From Acholeplasma sp. (GTDB taxonomy: Bacteria; Bacillota_I; Bacilli_A; Acholeplasmatales; UBA5453), in the NCBI GenBank assembly GCA_034006765.1, contig JAVESF010000003.1, positions 34,218 through 98,217 on the forward strand: 64,000 nucleotides of DNA, written 5' to 3'. The stretch's first letter is position 1. Every line of letters starts with the position of its first letter. The notes under the pieces were generated by a model. It did no database searches. It was not told where the DNA came from and worked only from the letters and a program-made list of their open reading frames with translations. Shown in pieces: positions 9,462 to 15,887 of the stretch. Made by a program: the position numbers and the translations under genes.

Positions 9462-11093
9462 ATGAAAAAACTATTACCAATGCTCGTATTAATGTTAGTT
9501 TTTCTAGCAGGATGCGAACAAAAAAAGGTAGAGACTGTTCTACCTAATTTAACAAACAAAACCATTGCTGAGATAGAGATGACTTTGGCATCCTCTAAAA
9601 TCGCATATGAAATTGTTGAAATAAGTGACTTTGACAAAGCGGATGGCACGTTTGTCAAGTATGAAACAATGAATGCTGGTGACGTTATCGAAAAAACAGA
9701 TAGCGTTAAAGTTGTAGTCAATGTACTACGTTTACCTGATTTGACTGGCAAATCTGAAAGTGAAATCATCGAATTATTCGACAAGGTCGGACTAGAAGTC
9801 TCTGTTATTTTTGATGAAGACAACAATGATTTTCCTGACAGAACGTGGTCAGGGTATGATGGGTTAAGTGTAGGAGACAAAATTTCTACACTAGATACTG
9901 ATGTCGTTACAGTGAAACTAGCAATTAACTCTTACGTAATGTTACCAGATTTAGTAGGCTTGAATATCCATCAAATTAAAATTGAACTCGAAAACATGTT
10001 ATTACTAGCTAAATTTGAGTATATTTTAGATGATACAAAAGAAGCTGATCTTTTCCAAGACTATAAAGATTTCGAAATTGGCGAAGGTGTTGAACCTGGT
10101 TCAACCATCACTGTTAAAGTTTATACAAACAGTTTCTTAGAAGAAGAGGAATCCTTGTTTATTTCTAAGTTCTATGACAATGAGGATAATAACCAAGCAA
10201 TTGAAATTTATAACCCAACCGCATCTACCATAAATTTGGCCGACTATACGATTGCTGTATTGCAAAATGGTGCGTTAGTACCTACTTATACAATTGCTTT
10301 AGATGGACAATTAGAGGCGAATGGTACTTATGTCATTGCCAACCCTCAAGGGAACAGAGATGTACTTAAAATCGCAGATTTATCGAGTACACAGCTGAAC
10401 TTTGATGGCAACGATGTGATTCAGTTGAGATATAAGAATGACACATATATTGATATTATAAACATAATGGGGACTAGACTTGTAACACTGACTAATGAAG
10501 TCTATGTTCGCCAACCACAAATAACATCAGGAAGTCGCAGTTTTGACTTCAAAGCGTGGGATGAATATGTAGGTACCTATGTAACACCGTTTGGTACTCA
10601 TCCGTTTGCTAGCCCAGACTCATTCGAGATAGATATGAGCTTTGCTGCAAGACCATTTGGCGATCCACTAGGTGGATTCGCTAAAGTTACGTTAGTCACA
10701 ACAACCGATGGTGATACAGCAGAATTTACACCAGGCTTTACAAGTAATGCACGTATTCGTTTCTTAGGGGTTGATACACCAGAAACGCACCCAGCTGTTC
10801 AACCAATGGGTTTAGAAGCTAAAGCATTTACAAGAAATCTTTTGGAAAACGCAACTGAGATATACTTACAAAATGATCCAGGCAACGCTTATGTAGATAC
10901 TTATGGTCGTCACATTGGTCTTATATGGGTAGATGGACAACTTGTAAACTACTTAATCGTTAAGAATGGATTTTCAGACAACTTTTTAAACGCTCAATCA
11001 AGCCTAGTTTATAACAACAGATACTTATACCGTTGGTTCCAAGATGCGGAACAATATGCGATTGACAATAATTTGGGTGTTCATAGTCTATAA
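9462..11093 (+). CDS. extracellular nuclease lipoprotein: three PASTA-like repeats, LTD and a staphylococcal (thermo)nuclease domain
   Basis: Lipobox FLAGC (Cys18). Three repeats starting LPNLTNKT, LPDLTGKS and LPDLVGLN. LTD LFISKFYDNEDNNQAIEIYNPTASTINLADYTI. SNase residues conserved: DGDT, R-x4-DTPE (RFLGVDTPE) and YGR. Confidence 0.85.
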   Translation: MKKLLPMLVLMLVFLAGCEQKKVETVLPNLTNKTIAEIEMTLASSKIAYEIVEISDFDKADGTFVKYETMNAGDVIEKTDSVKVVVNVLRLPDLTGKSESEIIELFDKVGLEVSVIFDEDNNDFPDRTWSGYDGLSVGDKISTLDTDVVTVKLAINSYVMLPDLVGLNIHQIKIELENMLLLAKFEYILDDTKEADLFQDYKDFEIGEGVEPGSTITVKVYTNSFLEEEESLFISKFYDNEDNNQAIEIYNPTASTINLADYTIAVLQNGALVPTYTIALDGQLEANGTYVIANPQGNRDVLKIADLSSTQLNFDGNDVIQLRYKNDTYIDIINIMGTRLVTLTNEVYVRQPQITSGSRSFDFKAWDEYVGTYVTPFGTHPFASPDSFEIDMSFAARPFGDPLGGFAKVTLVTTTDGDTAEFTPGFTSNARIRFLGVDTPETHPAVQPMGLEAKAFTRNLLENATEIYLQNDPGNAYVDTYGRHIGLIWVDGQLVNYLIVKNGFSDNFLNAQSSLVYNNRYLYRWFQDAEQYAIDNNLGVHSL

Positions 11094-11878
11094 TGAGAGT
11101 CGTCTATAGAATACTATTTGCCCTATTCATGGTTGTTTTATTTTGGTTCAGTTTTAATACGGCGAATAATATGGTAACCGAAAAATACATTAAAGAACGC
11201 GTAGAACCAAATTTAAGAGGGGAAAACCCGGATTATCTTTACTTCTATGGGTCCATACCCCACTACAATCATAGAGACCCCCTTTACGCTTTAGAAACAG
11301 AGCAGTATAAAGTTAGGTTTTATGAGTTATTAGTCACAAATGAAAAAGGAACTAAATTGGATGAATATGTCTATGTTTTGATTCACAAAAAAGATGTGTT
11401 CGTACCTGATCAAAATTATCGCATTCATATTGGCGAAAAAGAAGAATATGTTTATTACCCTCAAGGGCAAATCTATGACCTTTTGGTTATGTTAAATGAA
11501 GAACAGGTCTACATCCCTAGAACAGTCATTGAACAATATTTAGACCAAGAATGGAAATTGGTAGACAGCGAGGATGAAACCGTATTTAGTTTCACCCCAA
11601 CGCTTCAAAAGCCTTTTAATCTAAAGACAATGGTTGAAGATTATGTAGAAGCAAACAACAAACTACCATATAACAAGCTTAATGATCAAAACGTCTATTT
11701 ATATGAGCAACCAGATTATTCCCCGTACTATTTGATCTATTCAGTAGCGCTTAGTATATTTGGGATTATATTTGCAGGATCACTATTAGCCTTATACCTT
11801 CACGACAAGCGAAAAGGCAAAAGACAAATGATGGACTATGAATCGATTTTAAACGAACGAAAAAAAGTAAAATTGTAA
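11093..11878 (+). CDS. hypothetical membrane protein with N- and C-terminal TM helices, translationally coupled to the nuclease gene
   Basis: The ATG overlaps the nuclease TAA (TAATG). Hydrophobic segments ILFALFMVVLFWFSF and YLIYSVALSIFGIIFAGSLLALYL, with a basic tail. No recognisable motif. Confidence 0.6.
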   Translation: MRVVYRILFALFMVVLFWFSFNTANNMVTEKYIKERVEPNLRGENPDYLYFYGSIPHYNHRDPLYALETEQYKVRFYELLVTNEKGTKLDEYVYVLIHKKDVFVPDQNYRIHIGEKEEYVYYPQGQIYDLLVMLNEEQVYIPRTVIEQYLDQEWKLVDSEDETVFSFTPTLQKPFNLKTMVEDYVEANNKLPYNKLNDQNVYLYEQPDYSPYYLIYSVALSIFGIIFAGSLLALYLHDKRKGKRQMMDYESILNERKKVKL

Positions 11879-11881
11879 TCA

Positions 11882-11912
11882 AAAAGCACACCTTTTTCAG
11901 GTGTGCTTTTTT
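11882..11912. terminator. bidirectional rho-independent terminator between convergent genes
   Basis: Stem GCACACC (11886-11892) with GGTGTGC (11900-11906). A-run on one side and T-run on the other. Confidence 0.85.
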
Positions 11913-11937
11913 GCGGGATATTAGCAATTAGAGTGCT

Positions 11938-13716
11938 CTATATGCTATTTTGAGGTTCTTTTTTAATGTAAGCGACGGCTACAGACCCAATGCCAGCGTT
12001 CATAGCAACAATCGTAGATATTTCAGATATGTAACAAACTTTAACACCGGTAATGGCCTCGATGGTTTGTTTATAATAAGAGGCTCTTTGTGGGGCATTC
12101 ACATGCACTAAGGCAAATGTGTCGATACCAGATTCTTTTTGAACAGCCTTAATGTGATCAAATATCAATGTATCCGCTTTTTTCAAACTGAACGCTTTGT
12201 CTTCGATAATGCCCATACCTTCACGATCAATGGAAATGATTGGTTTAAGATTAATCATTTTGCCAACAAGCCCTGTGGTTCTTTTGAGTCTTCCAGAACG
12301 AATCATGTATTTTAAAGTTTTTACCGATACTAAAATCTTGGTCAATGGTCTTAATGCTTCTACCTTTTCCACAATGGTATCATAGTCAAAACCAGCCTCA
12401 ATATAAGACATTGCTTTATGAACCAACAAGCCTTCAGCCACACTGTTTTGAAGGGAGTCTATGACGGTTATTTTATGGTTTTTAAAGGCTTTTTTACCAT
12501 TTAAGAGCGCCTGATAAGTCCCACTCATTTTACCGGATACGGTAATCACAATGATTTCATCGTAATAAGTCGTTAAAAATGAGTACAAATTTTCAATGGT
12601 TTTAGGATTGGGTTGACTGGATTTAGGGTATTCTTTTAAAGTATTCATCAATTCATAGAAACGTTTGTTTTCAATCGTCAGTTTATCGAAGTATGTGGCC
12701 TGGTTAATAAGTAAAGCAAGGTTTAAAACGTGAATTTGATTGGCTTCTGCAAATCCATCGGCCAAATCAGCAATAGAGTCTGTGACCAAAGCAATCTTAT
12801 GTTTCTTATGGTTGGCGATGTCAAACTGTCGTTTCATATCATCAACCTTCTGATCAACAATTTGTCCAAAAGGCTCGACAAGTTCGAATACTTTTGCCGG
12901 GGTATCTGTGTGAATATGAATTCTAACCAAAGTATCACTGCCAGCTACGACCATGGAATCTCCAAGCGGATGAAGTGTCTTTTTGATTTGCTCTTTAGGA
13001 ATTTGATTTCCTTCAATTAATACTTCTGTACAATATCTAGTTTGACTTTCTTCAAAATGATCGACATGCATTACCATATCGTCTGTTGGTTTAAAGACAA
13101 TGTCAATGTCTTCGCCTTTTAACCCTCTGATGAAGCCCTCAATGAAGTGATAGAAACCTTTTGCGCCAGCATCTACAACTTTGCTTTGTTTCAAAATGGG
13201 CAATAATTCTTTTGTATTTTCAAGTTCTGCTTTAAGGCCTTCAAAGGCCTTAGAAAGCAAGCCGATAAAATCCATTGATTTTGTATGGATGTTCTTTAAA
13301 CGCTCATGCCACAGTCTCATGAGTGTAATCATGGTCCCTTCAACAGGTGTTTCAACCGAAGAATAGGCGTTTAGAGACGCTTTTTCCATTGAATTGATAA
13401 AGGTTTCAATGTCTAAGTTCTCTTTGCTTAAATCGCGAGAAAACCCGTCTATATAAGATGCGAAAATAATGCCGGAGTTCCCTCGTGCACCAATGATAGC
13501 CGCATCCGTAATGCTTTTTAAGGTTTGTTTCATGGTAGGCTCTAATCGAGCTTTTAATAAAATGCTTTTCATTAAAGAGGAAAGATTAGAACCTGTATCA
13601 CCATCTGCGACTGGAAATACATTAATGGCGTTTAGCGCGTCTTTTTCTGTAATAACGTATTTTGCACCTAATACGAAACAACGGTATATATGTTCATTTG
13701 TAAGTACTGTAGTCAT
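11938..13716 (-). CDS. Dak2 (DhaL/FakA-type kinase) N-terminal and central domains fused to a canonical DegV (FakB-like) fatty-acid-binding domain
   Basis: VADGDTGSNL (Dak2). YCTEVLIEG...VRIHIHTDTP (FakA central Cys/His). C-terminal IALVTDSIADL, SGKMSGTYQ, LKYMIRSGRLK, MINLKPIIS (DegV). Start trimmed to the ATG at 13716, which has an AGGAG RBS; the longer ORF would overlap the upstream gene. Confidence 0.7.
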   Translation of the reverse strand: MTTVLTNEHIYRCFVLGAKYVITEKDALNAINVFPVADGDTGSNLSSLMKSILLKARLEPTMKQTLKSITDAAIIGARGNSGIIFASYIDGFSRDLSKENLDIETFINSMEKASLNAYSSVETPVEGTMITLMRLWHERLKNIHTKSMDFIGLLSKAFEGLKAELENTKELLPILKQSKVVDAGAKGFYHFIEGFIRGLKGEDIDIVFKPTDDMVMHVDHFEESQTRYCTEVLIEGNQIPKEQIKKTLHPLGDSMVVAGSDTLVRIHIHTDTPAKVFELVEPFGQIVDQKVDDMKRQFDIANHKKHKIALVTDSIADLADGFAEANQIHVLNLALLINQATYFDKLTIENKRFYELMNTLKEYPKSSQPNPKTIENLYSFLTTYYDEIIVITVSGKMSGTYQALLNGKKAFKNHKITVIDSLQNSVAEGLLVHKAMSYIEAGFDYDTIVEKVEALRPLTKILVSVKTLKYMIRSGRLKRTTGLVGKMINLKPIISIDREGMGIIEDKAFSLKKADTLIFDHIKAVQKESGIDTFALVHVNAPQRASYYKQTIEAITGVKVCYISEISTIVAMNAGIGSVAVAYIKKEPQNSI

Positions 13717-13724
13717 AATAGCTC

Positions 13725-14126
13725 CTAATGTATGAGTTGATAGATTAGATAAGTAATAGTAGAAGTTGAAAAGCCCAAGAAAGAGCCCCAAGCTAAGTCA
13801 ATTAGGGTGATGCTTAATGGCCAATTTTTCATTGTAGCTAAATTTGTTAAGTCATAGGTGGCATAAGTGATCAATCCAAAGAATGCACCTAGCAACATGA
13901 CTTTGCCTAATGAATTCGCATCAACCCCAGGTTGAATGACAAACACAACAAGTCCTGCGATGAACAGTAAATAAAATAGGATGGCTGCAGTCCAGTTTAC
14001 ATCAGGTTTTAGTAGCGTTCCAATTTGATCTTGATAGAGTTTCTTTGCAATGAGACCCAACCATATTAAATCAACCACTAAAAACACCACAAAAGCGATC
14101 CCATAAAGTTTTAAAAATGTGCCCAT
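13725..14126 (-). CDS. small integral membrane protein, DUF2177-like
   Basis: Four hydrophobic helices. N-terminus GTFLKLYGIAFVVFLVVDLIWLGLIAKKLYQ. ATG at 14126 preceded by AAGGAGG. Confidence 0.6.
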   Translation of the reverse strand: MGTFLKLYGIAFVVFLVVDLIWLGLIAKKLYQDQIGTLLKPDVNWTAAILFYLLFIAGLVVFVIQPGVDANSLGKVMLLGAFFGLITYATYDLTNLATMKNWPLSITLIDLAWGSFLGFSTSTITYLIYQLIH

Positions 14127-14270
14127 ATGTAATTCCTCCTTCACAAACAACGAATGCCTTAATTATATTCGTTATGTTTGTCTCTTACTTATATTATAAT
14201 ATATCTATACACGATTTATGTAAGAGGTTGCATTCAATAGTTTGAAATTAAAAATAAGGAGTGATTTTTT

Positions 14271-15674
14271 ATGAATCATTTGAGAATAGAAACCTTAAAA
14301 GAAGGGTTTAATGACGATTCCAAAGAATATGTTTTATATTATATGCAACAAGCCCAGCGTATCCACTATAATCACGCGCTTAAGCACGCGATTGATATAG
14401 CCAACCAAAAAGGATTACCTGTTAGAATTGTGTTCGCTATATGCTCAAAATACCCGGAAGCCAACTTAAGAAGTTTTCAATTTATGTTAGAAGGTCTAAA
14501 AGATGTGTTTAATTGGGCTAATAAGCTGAATCTAAATATGGACATTAAATGTGGGTATCCTGAAGAAGTGTTATTGCCGTATCTAATAAATGCACAAACC
14601 TTGGTCTTTGATAAAGGGTATTTAAAAACACAAACACAATTTAGAAGAGACATCCTTCTGAAGGCACAAGACCATCGGTGTCTAGATGTTATAGAAGTAG
14701 ACACAGATTTGATTGTCCCAGTAAGTGTTGCCTCTAATAAAATGGAATATGGCGCTTACACAATCAGACCAAAATTAAATAGATTGTATGAGGCATTCAA
14801 TGATTTTGATAAACTACCAGATATTCGCAATAAAACAAAATACGAGCCACAATGTGACCTAGATTTATCAAATATAGAAGAAGCCTTAATAAAGTTAGGT
14901 ATACCGTTTGACGTTAAGCCTAGTCCAAGTTATAAAGGCGGTTATCTTGAAGCACAAAAAAGACTTTTTGATTTTATTAACAACAAACTCAACGATTACG
15001 AACAATCAAGCGACCCTTCAACGGATTACACGTCTTTATTATCGATGTATTTGCATTTTGGACAGATATCTAGTTTAGAGATATTAACACAACTCAAATG
15101 GGCGTTAGACCAAAATAAGGTCAAAGAAAAGGCTTTTTTAGCTTTTAAAGAACAGTTGTTTGTAAGAAGAGAGTTAGCCTTTAATTATGTTTATTATAAT
15201 CCGACCTACGACGATTTCTATGGAATGACAGAACCTTGGGCTTATGAAACAATGAAAGCACATGAGAAAGATGTTAGAGCGTTTCTATACAAAGAGAATG
15301 ACTATCTCATGTATCAAACACACGACCCTTATTTTAATGCCGCTATGAAAGAAATGGTTGAAACAGGGTATATGCATAACTACATGCGTATGTATTGGGC
15401 TAAAAAAATCATTGAATGGTCAAGTAGTTATGAAGAAGCTTATAAGACTATTATAACTTTAAACAACCGGTATTTCATTGATGGGAGAGATCCTAATAGT
15501 TATGCGGGGGTTGCATGGTGTTTTGGAAAACACGACAGAGCATGGACTGAAAGACCTATTTTTGGGAAACTCAGATATATGAATGCTAAAGGTCTAGAAA
15601 GAAAGTTTGATATTCAGGGTTACATCAATAAAGTAGCGTATAAAAAACATAAAGCACTAGGGGAAATCTTCTAG
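14271..15674 (+). CDS. phr: deoxyribodipyrimidine (CPD) photolyase, class II
   Basis: C-terminal block GYMHNYMRMYWAKKIIEWS...DGRDPNSYAGVAWCFGKHDRAWTERPIFGKLRYMN is typical of class II photolyases. Size of about 467 aa fits. Confidence 0.85.
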   Translation: MNHLRIETLKEGFNDDSKEYVLYYMQQAQRIHYNHALKHAIDIANQKGLPVRIVFAICSKYPEANLRSFQFMLEGLKDVFNWANKLNLNMDIKCGYPEEVLLPYLINAQTLVFDKGYLKTQTQFRRDILLKAQDHRCLDVIEVDTDLIVPVSVASNKMEYGAYTIRPKLNRLYEAFNDFDKLPDIRNKTKYEPQCDLDLSNIEEALIKLGIPFDVKPSPSYKGGYLEAQKRLFDFINNKLNDYEQSSDPSTDYTSLLSMYLHFGQISSLEILTQLKWALDQNKVKEKAFLAFKEQLFVRRELAFNYVYYNPTYDDFYGMTEPWAYETMKAHEKDVRAFLYKENDYLMYQTHDPYFNAAMKEMVETGYMHNYMRMYWAKKIIEWSSSYEEAYKTIITLNNRYFIDGRDPNSYAGVAWCFGKHDRAWTERPIFGKLRYMNAKGLERKFDIQGYINKVAYKKHKALGEIF

Positions 15675-15684
15675 TGCTTTATTT
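15651..15684 (+). terminator. hairpin overlapping the photolyase stop codon, possible terminator
   Basis: Perfect 10-bp stem, 15651-15660 with 15671-15680, and a 10-nt loop. The downstream T-run (ATTT) is weak. Confidence 0.5.
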
Positions 15685-15843
15685 ACTATAATGGTCACCT
15701 TCAACTATTGAGGAATTAACGTATGATTTCAGAAAAAGGAGCATATTCATATAGATGTTCTAAAAAAATATCCAAGATAAACTAGTCTAGAAGTTATCGT
15801 TTAGCCGTTGAAACGTAGGAATAATCAATGACTGATTACCATG

Positions 15844-15876
15844 AAAAAAAGGATGAAGCCTTTACGCTTCATCCTT
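15844..15876 (-). terminator. rho-independent terminator of ppdK
   Basis: Stem GGATGAAGC (15851-15859) with GCTTCATCC (15866-15874). On the minus strand it is followed by a 7-nt T-run (A-run 15844-15850). Confidence 0.85.
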
Positions 15877-15887
15877 AACATAGTTGC

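Noticed and set aside
5983-9880. Several long antisense ORFs (5983..6342, 6367..6714, 6739..6930, 7501..7998, 8128..8337, 8887..9291, 9443..9880) lie opposite the big lipoprotein genes.
   Set aside because: They sit entirely inside well-supported sense CDSs and have no RBS. Their products are low-complexity Ser/Thr/Val/Ala strings, as expected from reverse-reading GCN/ACN/GTN-rich codons. They are a compositional artefact.
13717-13791. 5' extensions in the ORF track for several genes: fakA-like (to 13791), ppdK (18545), lysS (32388), hslO (38037), hflX (40358), tsaE (51126), amylase (55610), 5-FTHF ligase (45619), yuiD (47886), mnmE (22098), dnaX (23511), pgi (49797) and tsaD (52654).
   Set aside because: In each case an internal ATG has a better-placed Shine-Dalgarno sequence and reproduces the conserved N-terminus. 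The extension overlaps an upstream gene, terminator or promoter.
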